The notes beneath the pieces are model-generated. The model saw only the letters and a program-made list of their open reading frames with translations, made no database searches and was not told the DNA's origin. A stretch of DNA of 56,697 bases, counting the filler, from Sphacelaria rigidula (taxonomy: Eukaryota), in assembly GCA_964200075.2 (NCBI GenBank). It is 7 parts of 7 records of this genome, joined end to end, with 100 filler letters (N's around TTAATTAATTAA, not from the genome) between each part and the next. Parts side by side here need not be neighbours in the genome. Positions count along the whole stretch, not along the records: positions 24,345 to 32,358 come from CAXNAA020012642.1; positions 32,459 to 40,471 come from CAXNAA020012643.1; 5 more parts are not named here. The stretch is one strand, 5' to 3'. Every line of letters starts with the position of its first letter. The first letter of the stretch is position 1. Below, piece by piece: positions 24,345 through 36,294 of this stretch. Made by a program: the position numbers and the translations under genes.

Positions 24345-27300
24345 CGTCTTTTCCCATTTCGATTTACGTGAAGATTTTGCCTTCCAAAACCATGCACTTT
24401 TCTGGGGGGGCTATCGTAGGAAGTATCGGATGCGGTCACCTGCCGTGTACAGAGATTCCATGGAGACCGCTGAGATGACGGACACACCTCCCCTCCAAGC
24501 TTATCACGTACCATGATTACATTTGTGGGTTCAGGTTCCGTGTCGTGTGCCTCGACTACCTATAATACCACTACTAGTATTACGGGCATATTTGGCGAGG
24601 CGTGAGGTAATGTTGCTACTTCGGCTACAGGCGGTCGCTGCCGTGCGCTCGTGTAATATACATGGATGTGTGAGCGTTGCCGGCATTCGAGGTCATCGGG
24701 ACAGAGCGGACAAGGAGCAGAAGCAAATATACTTACCTCGCAGAGCCCGTTAGACTGCTCGGTTTTTGTCGGTGTTTGTTGATCAATTTCTTTCAACAGT
24801 TTCAACATTTTTTTAATTACAAAAAAAGTGAAAAATCATGACAATTTTCGAAAAAATGCCTTATAGGAGGGAAGGGGGGGGGGCTCCGTGTCCGATTTTT
24901 TTTCTCTCGACAATCCCTTGGTAGACCACGAAAAAAAAATGATGGGCCTACCACATGGCTTCGGTGGAAAAGGTCTTCGTAGAACCATGCTCATACCTAG
25001 TCGTAGAAAACAATGAAACGCTCGGAATTGAACACGGGCAGTATAGCATACTGAACAATGATGTTCATCAACATAACAGTTGAGGGCGATTCGATGTGCT
25101 GTATTGAATATATGAAAATATGAAGGAGCCAGGAAATGAGGCTGAATACTCCTGGGACCCCCGACTACCGGTTGACCCGTAAGTCCCTCAAGATTGATTT
25201 TGACAATATTACAGTACTGTTTAGAATATATTCATGAAAATAAGCAGTACGTGTACAACTTTTGTGTGAGAAGTTGTATCTGCATCAAAAGGTGAACCGC
25301 CGCGAGTCCTAGAAACCGGAAAACCTGAGAAAATCAACGCCCATTAAGAACATTTTTTCAAATGTTGATTACTGGGCGACTATCCTCGTGGCCACAGTCG
25401 TTTGGCGACGAGGTCGTTTGGCGACGATGTCATTTGGCGACGAGGATGTGCGTTTCCTCCTAGTCAGCCTTGCGTAAGACTCCCGGAGTGCAAAATCTCC
25501 AAAAGTGCCCCACATGACGATTTTCTCGTAATTCATGAGAGCTGCAATTCGCATCTGCCGTACAGCTACAACACAAGCTCAAAATAAGCACCGACGACTG
25601 AAGTCAGATCTCGTTCACAGCGCGTTGATAGGCAAGCTGGAGGAGATTGCCAGTTCTCAGGGCATGACGTGAAATTGTAGCCCAGGATGTCCATCTGTTG
25701 ACTTGGCATTGTTTTCACGTGACAACCCCAAAATTGTCTGGCCACCCCAAGTAAACCGATCTCTTCCCTTGAACCAAGTCATCGGGTGCATTGGCATCAT
25801 TTTCATATCGAAAATTAGTGAGAACTGTTGGACTCAGATTTGACCACATTAGAGTACGAAGGCGATTTCACTACGAGTACACTGGAGTTCAAAGGTGCAT
25901 ACATACCCTAGTATTGACGCACCCGCCATAAGTACAGTACTGGTTTCAACAGACAACACTATTTTGATCACGCGAATGCAATAGCATGAGGCTACTCACA
26001 TCGCACGGGGCCTGTTCCGCACGGAACTCTCCACGGGGAGATGTCAGAAAGACAGAGCAGGTGGATTCAAAACGTGGATGGCCGACCGAAAAAGAACAAA
26101 CGATAGTACTCGGAAGTAGTCAAGGAGCCAGGTGATGACTCTGACCCGTATGCTTGTGTAGCGAATCCAATACGAGGAGTGAGGGGTTGGGGATCTCGAA
26201 TAGGTGCCGGTGGTGCTCACGAACAAACATGATATAGGATGCAGAACGGGGGATGGGGGGGTCACAGGTGCTGGAGATCAGCCGGCTGGTGGTGTTGTTC
26301 CCAAAGGGAGGTCAAGGCGTCAAGAAGTTGAAATAATTTCATCCCATTGGACTGAACGAAGAGAGCATTTGCCAGCGGTGTGCGCTGTTTACATGGCACA
26401 AGGGCCGAGACTGTTAATGGGGGCACAGCCTGCCCTTTACAGCTCACCACATGTCGTGTGCGGTCGTGTCAGTACAGACAGGACCCCCCCTCCCCCGCCC
26501 TCTCCCCGACATAGTCGTAGTTGTATCCAAAAAATACAAGAACATTTGGCCCTTGTGCGCACGCCAGGTCCATCAGCAGACCTCGCTGCAATACCCTGAT
26601 ACAACTGTTCTGCTTCCTGTTTGTACCACCGTATTGACTGACTGTAACATCACGTTCCAGTACGTTGTACAACACAGCCAGTACATCTGCAGTTATAGGG
26701 ATTAGGGGTTCGTAAGCAAAGAAGCGAGTGCTGGCTCGCCGGTGCCGTGTCCGTGCAGGAACACGAATAGTTGAGGCTTGTATTTTCAATGACACCCGTT
26801 CGAAACCAACTCGCTAGCTTGAGTTTCCTTCCTGACTGGTTGGCCAGCCCCAGCGGACTGATGGCGACCTGCCCCACCATGAACCTAATCGTGGCTTGCT
26901 TGATGGAGACATCTGCATCGCCGAACCAACACTCATACTGGGGCAAATCCCTCAGGGTATGATTTGTGTTCACTGCCTCGATTCAATAGGCGCACCTACG
27001 ACTGCAAGACAGTACAGGCTGCCCTGCAAGGTACATACACCCTGCTTGCGTTTTCACTAAAACCTCTCCAGTCACTGCTCGCTATCTCGACATCTCCAAC
27101 CCTTTGCTGTACCGGTCGTGCGAAATAAAATCGATGTTTAAATCCAAGCCAGGCAGGGACTTTGTTTGTCAAAATTCCCCTCTTTTCATCAGCCAAATAG
27201 TGCTGGCTTCAAGCCGAGGCTACTCATACTCACCGGCTCCCCGGTACAAGGTCTACCCAGCTCAAAGCCGACCCCCCAAGTCCTGACGTGAGAGCTGTGT

Positions 27301-29739
27301 GCAGGTATGCCTCGGATGACGCCTTGGGCCTCGCCACCAACCTCCCTTCTGAATCGGATGGTATCTCGAATCCATAGATTTTTTATAGTAACGCTCCCTG
27401 TCCGCGTACCCCAATCGACCAGTGCAATATCAACCATGATATTGACGTCTGCAAAGCAGGTCGAATGACCTATCATAAGTACAGTACTACTGTATGGCAT
27501 AAACTGCAGCCCGCAACTCACGAACAGGAACAGGGAAATGATAATTCTGTTTCCGAGATGTTTGTAACGACCAATACCGCCCAGCAACCCAGGACCTTCT
27601 CAAGAACTTTCCCAACGGCTGGTACATGTATATTCGTCTGCATACACGTGTGATCTACTGCATGACTGCGTAGTCCAGAATCTAGCATGTATATTATAGT
27701 GAAATACGTACAGTAACAAAGGTATGTTGTCTGGGAACAACCGGCGATTTGATAGACCGCGGACAGGGGAGATGAACATGTCCAGACAACAGTACCGCAT
27801 AAGTGTGGATACCAGAAGCCCGGCCCGGTCAATCTTCTGTTGCAGACGAAACATATGGTCAAGACATACGTGGGCAAGAAAAATGGCCATCATGTCGTAC
27901 CCTACACATAGCACATACCACACCCTTTTATTATGGACAACTTGAGAATGCAGGTGTTATAGACGGCCAGACGACGAGCAACCGGTTAAAGGCAGCCCAT
28001 CCATTAACGATAGCTCCGAAATATCCTTATTGGTACAAGGTCGATAGCTCATGGCTCAGAACATGGCGTCTTGCTTGGATCGTGGTACCATGCATAAAAA
28101 CCGTGCCCTGTGCTGTATTTCTGCTGTATGAAAATAAAGTATCACCAGTCGACCAGAGCACGGGCTCACTAAAAGGTACGCGCAACAATACGGTTTGGCT
28201 GTACCACTCGGAGTTTAGTGCGGAACCCTGACCGCCGTCCGCCGAGGGTGACGCTTAGAAACACTAGGTGACGTCAAGAATCTGCAGGAGGGCTCATTCT
28301 ACTTCTCGTTGAAACAGAGGAACGGAGGCTGAGGCCGCAAAGGAGGACTTTGGAAAGTGAAAAAGGTGGTGAAGAACCAAAAATAAAAGGCACAGTCACA
28401 GCGGGATCGTCCTTCTGTCTCTCCTCTGTAAAGAACCTTTGTTGTGTTGTACCTCGGAATTAATGCTGTACGGCTGCTATACTCATTTGATCCGCGGTGC
28501 GTTTCCATGAACCGGAACAGGTTTGACCGCCTCTTTCGATCGACCTTTCAGGGAGCTGGATTGCAGGATCCAAGATCAACGTACCTACTGTCTGTACGGT
28601 CAACAAGTCTACCTCCATCGCTCTAGAAAGTGCCACCTTTCTGCTCAGTCTAAGTTGACAGCAGCGATCTCTCTAGCTACGAGTCGGGCACACTTTCACG
28701 TCGACCCGCCGCCATCCGCGCACGCTCCTGGATACGCCAGTCACCTGATTGTACTGAGTATTGGCTGTCCCAAGAGCTACCAGATACTACAGTGGATGGA
28801 ACATGGCATGTACTTGCTGATACGTATACTAGCACAGCACGCAGGTTATATTTGGTCAAGCTGTAAAAGCAAGGCATTACTACCAGCCCTTGTTCATCAG
28901 AGGAACTCGATGGCTGAGTGGTCAAATGGTGAAGTTCCTCTGATGAATAAAACAAGTACTTGGACGTCGGAAGCCGCTCGGGTGCGTTCTCCGCGGGGTG
29001 CCCTCGCCGGCGCTACTGCTGTGTATCTGCTCTCGGGAATACCTCTCCTGATCTGGTACATCAGTCAGGGAAGCTTCCTCTTAGAAACAACATACTTCGG
29101 TGAAACTCGATTTTTCGAGCAAAATCCCCCTTCCCACAAATTCCATGTTCTCAAATCTAACAGCTCTTTGTGTGGACGCCGGTCAGGGCAGATGCACGTC
29201 ATGTTGGGCAACACCCTGACAGTAGCGTGGGTGGCTTTACCCGGTATACGCACGGAGGTATGACACAAACTGTGACCCGGAGAGGGATGTCATGATACCC
29301 CCCGCCCCCAAACCAACCCCAAAGCTGTAATAAAGAAAATGGCCATACGGCGCATGATAGCTGCTCTCAGACTGCATGAAGCGCTCATAGTGGCAACATT
29401 GGCGAAAACGATCTCAAGTGTGGGAGTTTCGAGCCGCACGGTGCGCTCGGCTTTCTTCATCTTGATTCACATGTAAATTTTGCCTCCTCAAACCAGTCAT
29501 GTTCTCAGAGGCCGCTATCATGTCATCACGCTGGAACGCCTAGAGCTAACATAACAACAGTCACACAACAGTCACACATACACAAGAATATGTGCAAATT
29601 AGCCGTCCCCCAGATTCATCAAGGCGCGTCGGTGCCTCGTAGCGCCTTGACAGCCAGTGTAGGTGAATTGTTGAATTGTTGGCACCACTTCCACCTGCAA
29701 AAGTATTGCGTGACCCAGATTACTTACCCTGGCGGGCAA

Positions 29740-32200
29740 AGGGTAAAACAGCGTGACTGGAAGGGAGGGTTTTTGTCAAGATATTCACATGTTGCCATCC
29801 TGAATCTACGTGTATTACTTTGATGCTTGACGTCTGAACCAGATCCCGAATAAAATACCATCTGATGTCAGAGTGTTTGCTACGGCCAGAGCCAAGGAAT
29901 TTTCCAGCCAAAGCCTTGCCCCCCTCGTTGTTCTCGTGAAGAAAAATGTCGCACTCTACCACACCCTAGCTCAATTCTTGGTCACATGAATGACAAAACC
30001 GCGCTCGCAAACCTGCACACCTTGTCCCCTTCGGCCATCGCTACATACTCGGCCTCGGTAGTCGATGATGTGACGCAACACTGGGTACGACTACTGTAGT
30101 GCCTGATACCGCTACTCTCTCTACACCACAGCTACTCCAGAAAACGACGGCCAATTAGTCCGAGTCTAAGAGTAATCCGCGTCACAGTGCACTGAGAGCA
30201 CACTCTCCCTTAATGTAAAGGTCAAGCCGTACTTCCTGGTCCTGTTAAGATATGCCAACATCGTCAAGGCATCCTCCCAGTGCTTCTCACCCAGTCCATG
30301 TGACTGGCGAGCCAGTGCTCGAACTGCGTTCGCTACATCTGATAGTCACACCTGTCAGCCACATTAAATATCATACCGCACTGCGGTACGGACGGGGTAC
30401 GACCGAGTTTCCCTCTGTTTTTGACCTTAAGTCTGCAGAAAATTAGGCAGAAATCCTCGAGAAATCTTCCGGGAGCTTTATTTACACACCCGTGTCCATT
30501 TCGACTCTGACGAACTCTTGGTTTACGTCAAAACGGTACAAGGGCCATCTCTCCTGCACCGCATTGGCCATAGCCAACTTCATTGATGCCATGGGTGGGG
30601 TGGCCGCGAACATCTGAAAGGATACACAGCGAAACGCTTTCCGAAGCCGTGTGCTACAAGTCGTGTCTTCGCCTTGGTAATATCTCGGCGTCGGTTTTCC
30701 AGATAATGCCCACTTCGCCGTTTTGATATTCACTCCGTCGGGTATCGAACCAGACACTTTCTACGATAGCCCCCCCCCCAAAAGTGCATGGTTTTGGGAG
30801 GCAGAATCTTCACGTACACCGAAATGGGAGAAGTCGAGCTCAACGAGCAGCTGGGAATTCCCACACTTTGGCTCGTTCTCGCCAATGTTGCCAATAGGAG
30901 GCGCTTCATGCAGCCTGAACCCAACATCCGGCGCTGTATGCCCATTTTTTTCGTGACACTTTTGGGCTGGTTTTGGGAGGGGGGGTTATCGTAGAAAGTG
31001 TCACCAGTGGAAATTGCTCCTGCGCTCTTGTGGCCATTCAATTCTGCATGCATAGCACTGACCGGCACTTCTTTGCATTCTGACTTGTCTACGTTGTCTA
31101 TGTTCAAGGGGGTGCTTTCAACCTCACTGACGTGTAAATGGATGGGGGAGCGCAAATCAAATTTGGGTTGTTCTACGTGCTTGTTGTCTGTTTTCGCAGC
31201 CAAATACAAATACTCATCATCCGGCAGCTCCTCTTCAATTATCGTGACATATCCTCCCGCCTGCGGTCCGGCTGCCGCAGTGATCATGTCGGTCGACTCG
31301 TACCCTCCTTCCGCCATCCCCGTCAGCATCATTTCCGTTTTCGCCAGCAGTGTTCTTGCGGACCTTGCTTTTGTTTTCTCCAGCCTAGCCTTTTCCTCCA
31401 CCTCCACCAATACCCTTTTCCGTTCTTGCTATTGCTTTTGCTTTCCTATCTTTCCCCCCCGCCTCTGCCAGCGAATTCTGTTGTGGCCTGTAGCTCCCTT
31501 TTCACCCTCTTGTTCCGTCGCCCTCGTCGCACTACGCGTGCGACGTGCCCCTTGAGGAGGCCGACACGGGTCATCGTCCAGTGCGAGGTGGTGTAGCTCT
31601 GTTCTTGGGGGTTCAAGAGCTCTATCGCCCCGCCGTTTTGCTTGACAGTTACCGTGGTTTTCGGCTGCAAATATGGTGATGTTGCTGGTGACGAGGGTGC
31701 AATTACTGGCGGTGCCGACGTCGCAGGCAAATGTTCGGTTGGTGTCGGTGGTGTTGCAGATGGCGGTAGTGTAGGCAACGTAGACCGCGTAACTGGCGTT
31801 GGTGATGTTGGAGTATCCGGCGCCGCCGATGATGGCGGTATAGACGGCCGTGTAGATGACACCGAGCCCCAGTCATTGATGGGATCTTGAACCGGGCTCG
31901 GTAGAATCACCTCGCCTTCGCTGCCCCCACATCTCCCGCTACCAGCGGAGGTTTGCGGCATAGCCACGCCATCTTCACCCTCGGGCATGGATGGGAGGAG
32001 CGACGCATATTGAGAACTGCCAGATAAAGCGCCCACGGCAGGAGATTCCGACATAGTATGCTCTCGACCGATCCTTCCCTCACTGTGGAATCCATCGCTT
32101 CGCCTGGCGTCAGGATCGCTTGTGCTCTTATATGTGTCGAGGTTGGGATGGACTGTCGACGTCCTTCGGCTCCCGAGCATCCACGGTACAATTTCACGTC
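29740..32200 (-). mobile_element. Ty1/Copia remnant (Pro/Ser-rich linker, partial RT with internal deletion, RNase H)
   Basis: SAMHAELNG, PDGVNIKTAKW, FAATP..ASMKL..A...WPLYRFDV, SSRTQCCVTSSTTEAEYVAMAEG and RSKHSDIRWYFIRDLV...NILTK are Copia RT/RNase H motifs. The YVDD region is missing, with many stops and frameshifts. The upstream boundary is approximate. Confidence 0.88.
30753..31002. mobile_element. 250-bp MITE inserted in the Copia RT, 4-bp TSD
   Basis: TIR gacactttctacgata.cccccc / gggggg.tatcgtagaaagtgtc; ACCA duplicated at 30749-30752 and 31003-31006. A related end is present at about 24365-24427. Confidence 0.85.
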
Positions 32201-32358
32201 GTCCCGCTGCTTCACCCCTAGCTGCCTTGCGGTCTTGTGCAGGAGATCCTCGTGCGCGTGCGCGTGGGGGCAGTTGAAACGTTGATATCTAGGACTTGGG
32301 GGGGGGCGTACTCATTTGTTGCTTGCCTTAGTCGTTTGACCATTGACCACGCATCCCT

Positions 32359-32458
32359 NNNNNNNNNNNNNNNNNNNNNNNNNNNNNNNNNNNNNNNNNN
32401 NNTTAATTAATTAANNNNNNNNNNNNNNNNNNNNNNNNNNNNNNNNNNNNNNNNNNNN
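32359..32458. other. Artificial contig spacer
   Basis: 44 N + TTAATTAATTAA + 44 N. Confidence 0.98.
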
Positions 32459-33221
32459 GGCGTCCCACGATCGTATCTTCTATCTTCTTGCCCCGCTGCT
32501 GTACTGGTTACCTTCCTCCAGAGAGGTCACTTCCACCGTGTAAGGTTTAAGGGCGGCTCGCATAACACAAGGTCTTACTCACATCGGCATGTCCCGTACA
32601 TCACTCTTCCACTTCGTGTACGATTCACCGTGGGTCGGTACTCCACTGATGCTTCCGAGTAGACCGTCGCTGCCGAAAGCTTGGCCAAGGATTCCCCCAC
32701 ACGTTGTACCAGCTTCTATCCTTCAAGATCTCGAGAAGTCTACGTACCGCTTGGTGCTCCATCCCGTAGGTCACGTGGTCGGTCATCGTTGGGGGGTTTG
32801 TTCGATAAGTTCTGTAGGTCTTGACATTTATGCCATGTATCGCCCACTCCTTCCCTTCATTAGGCGCCTTCTGCAGCTGATGTCGGAAATTTCTTGGAAT
32901 GGCTGACCAGACTTCCACCGCCCAATGGAAACCGGTAAGGTTTTACGGGTATCTCACCACGAGACCCCAACCTCCACATGAATTTGACATGGAGGAGGTG
33001 ATGACCCTACCCTATGCGTACTGGTCATATATTCTGTACTTTAGATTTGCCTGTGAGGTGGTACGCCTTCACGCTGTTGTTTATATGTCTAGGTTTGGCT
33101 TTTATTATTGTCTTGCGTTTGTTATGATATTGGAGGGAGAATCTCGATTGTTTTTTGTCTTGATATAGGAAAGAAGATCTGTTATTTCTCGCTATCCTAC
33201 ATTCATAATCGGACTTTCTTG

Positions 33222-33690
33222 TGGTAGGTTACATAAAAAGCAGGGTTAGCTTTTTCATTTATGTCTTTGTCCGAGCTGTGTTATGGTAGGTTAAAAGAAG
33301 ACAGGATCAGTTTTTTCATTTCATGTCTATGTACGCGCTGTGTTATGGCAGGTTAAAGAAAAAGCAGGGTTAGCTCCTTCATTTCATGTCCACGTCCGGG
33401 CTGTATTATGGTATGTTGAAAAAAAAGAAAGTTAGCTTCTCAATTTTATGTCTATGTCCGGGCTGTGTTATGGTAGGTTGAAAAAAACAGGGTCTGCTTT
33501 TTCATTTCATGTCTTTGTCCGCGCTGTCTCATGGCAGGACCAAGGAAAAGCAGGGCTAGCTCCTTCTTTTCATGTCCACGTCCGGGCTGTATTATGGTAT
33601 GTTGAAGAAAAAGGAGGGTTAGCTTCTCAATTTTATGTCCATGTCCGGGCTATGTTATGGTAGGTGAAAAATAAGGAAGGGTTAGCTTAT
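33222..33690. repeat. Minisatellite, about 7.5 copies of a ~62-bp unit with a 186-bp higher-order period
   Basis: The ttatgg anchor recurs at 33281, 33343, 33406, 33468, 33529, 33592 and 33655. Units three apart (33364 vs 33550) are nearly identical. Confidence 0.85.
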
Positions 33691-34295
33691 CACACGGAGA
33701 GGAGGAGAGGTGGGGAAGCAACGAAATGGTTCAGCCCTTGACCTTTTTTGTTTTCTGTCATGTTCTTCGTATCCTCTTTCGATACTTCCCCACCAGCCAT
33801 CCCATTATACATCACTGATGGAAAAAACAAAAAGAGACGATAACCTCCTTGTAGGTCTTGCCACATTGTGTATGTGTCATAATCCACCATGTGTGTGTGC
33901 ACGCACTGTACCCCGCTTGCACGTCGAAATTACCCGAACGGGTGAGCTGATACGATATTCAGTGGAAGGCGAACTCCTTCAGGCACCTTTATTTTCGTTG
34001 ACGAAACAGGAAAGATACTGTTTCTCATTTCTTGAGCACACAGGGTTTCGAGACGTGTAGCATTGGGTAAGCACTCCCCGCAGCCCATCGGCTTGCGATC
34101 GACATTTTCTCTTCTCACCATCAAATCTTCTGGGGGGAAGATCAACGGATTAATCACTCAATGAGGAGATCAATCACTCAACGAAACACTCTGTCACTCT
34201 GTCACTCTGTCACTCACTCACTTACTCAATCAATCAATCAACTGATGAAAATCAAGCACATGCACCAGAAGACACAAAAATAAAGATAAACTTAC

Positions 34296-34499
34296 AAAAT
34301 AGTCCGGGATGGACGGGTTGGCCTGTCCACCCGGCAGCATGGACGACGGAGGCTTCACTCTCTTGGACTTCGCGGCCGCCTGCTTGTCCTGGGCATTCCT
34401 GTCCGCCCCACCACCGTATCGGCAAACCTCTTCGTCCTCTTCCCCGTCATCTTCTTCGATGTAGCCGATCACTAGGTCGCGGACAATCGTCCACGCCCA
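34296..34499 (-). CDS. Cytochrome b5-like domain protein, third visible exon
   Basis: CAG acceptor, GTAAGT donor; 204 nt, phase 0. Encodes WAWTIVRDLVIGYIEEDDGEEDEE..., supplying the A..I..L.IGxI end of the b5 fold. Confidence 0.75.
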
Positions 34500-35111
34500 C
34501 TGGTGCAAAATGCGAACAATACATGAACCAACCAAACTTATGGGCATGTGTTTGCTAATATATACGAACGAAGGACACACGAAGGATACAAAGAAGCCGA
34601 TAAAACGCGCCATGAGTAGAAAAACGAACCCAAGTGAAGGAATACATGGGAAAGATGGGGAAAAAACTGAAGAAAACTGAAGAAAACTGAAGGAAAAATA
34701 ATGGTCATGACGGTAACAATATTAATGATGACAACAACATAATGATCATCATAATACCAAGAACAGGAACAAGAACAAGCTCGCGTTTCTTTTTTTATAT
34801 AACCATAGTTCGTCCGAACTTTTCTTCTTTTACATAACCTTAGTTCGTTCAAGATATTTCAACTTCAGTTTGGTGGTACCGACTGCGAAAGGGCACCTAC
34901 TTACTGCATGTGCAGAGCATCATATCTGGGCGATGCCCGTTCGAAACACAGTAGATCTCTTTTTGCGCCTGCCCATTTCGACACGTTTGCCGTCCTGCAT
35001 CAGCGTGTCAATGAGTACAGTATCGATATCCGCACTTGAAAAATGTCACATTCTACTACTCCCTGGGTAAACATTGTTGCTCGTAACATGGGAGTACGAA
35101 GAGCTACGCGC

Positions 35112-35300
35112 CTGCGAGTGCTTCTTTGGATTGAAGGACATGGCGTGGCCAACAGATTGTTCCCCCCCCAGCAGCTCATGCGTAACGTCCGTGCCCAAAG
35201 CGTTAAGGATCAGCCGCGTCCCTCCGGGATGTCTGTGCGAGAACTCCGACACGTCGAGGATGGCGCCGTCTACTAAAACCCAGCTCTGCCCGTTCAGCAC
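35112..35300 (-). CDS. Cytochrome b5-like heme/steroid-binding domain exon
   Basis: CAG acceptor; 189 nt. Encodes VLNGQSWVLVDGAILDVSEFSHRHPGGTRLILNALGTDVTHELLGG...KKHSQ, with the WxxxxGxxxDV, HPGG, GxDxT and HS motifs. Donor is CAG|GCGCGT. Confidence 0.88.
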
Positions 35301-36156
35301 CTGTATGAATGTAGGTAAAAAACATATAGGCAAAAAATATGTGTTGCTTTGGAAAAATTTGGGAAAATAAGGAGACGAGAATATCATACTAGTTCGGGGG
35401 GAGAACAAGGAGAGAGATGTTCCGGAATAGCTTCGGAAGAAGGGAAGGAGCGTTTCGGAATATTACATGGAATAAATAAATATCCATTTCGGAATGATTT
35501 TGGAAGCAAGAGAAGGAGCGCTCCGAATTTTTCCCCCCAAATATCACTGCTACACATTACATGAAATCACTGTGTTGATTATAACCCATGTATTTTCGGT
35601 TCCCAAGGTTCAAACCAAAAAAATCAAACAAACGAACCAAATCGGATCAACAGGGAAAAAAGGGCGAATGTCAACACATGACTAAAAATGTAGTTTTGAG
35701 TCTTACGGGGACAAAAACATAAAAAAAATTATCACATCAAACGTGGTGGGGTTGGTTCACTTGAAAAAAAATCATGCAAACGAAAAAAACGTGTTTGCCA
35801 GCTGCCGCCTGTTGTTCGCCGGCCGCTGTTACGTGACAGATCACCTGTACATTGTTTGACTGTTCAATCGCTCTTGCTTGCGTGATTGTTTGCCTGCTTG
35901 CTTGCTTGAAACACTCATGTTTTGTGGCTGTGCATACCGTGGACAAAGGGGTTGGATTCGCGGCGAATCAGGTAGAATGTAGTTATAAAATAATCAATCT
36001 ATGTTCACCCATCAGTCGATCAACATCCCATCACGCCATGAGTAAATGCTCCCTCTTGACCAAAAAGAAGAGTAGAAATATTCATTCATCAATGCAGCCA
36101 CCATCGAATCATCGACGAAGTATCCACACATCAGCTGAACACAACCGTCGCCTTAC

Positions 36157-36294
36157 CTTGTCGTTGAATTCCTGCATAGTGTACATCGGCAGGTCCTCTG
36201 TCCTGGGTACCAACCTCTGCTCTACGTTGTCATCGACCTCCTCGTTGATGATCTTCACGCACCCGCACACCTCCGCCACTCCCGTGCGGGAGTA
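36157..36294 (-). CDS. Cytochrome b5-like domain protein, first visible exon
   Basis: CAG acceptor, AAG|GTAAGG donor; 138 nt, phase 0. Ends LPMYTMQEFNDK, the YTxxE start of the b5 fold. Confidence 0.75.
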
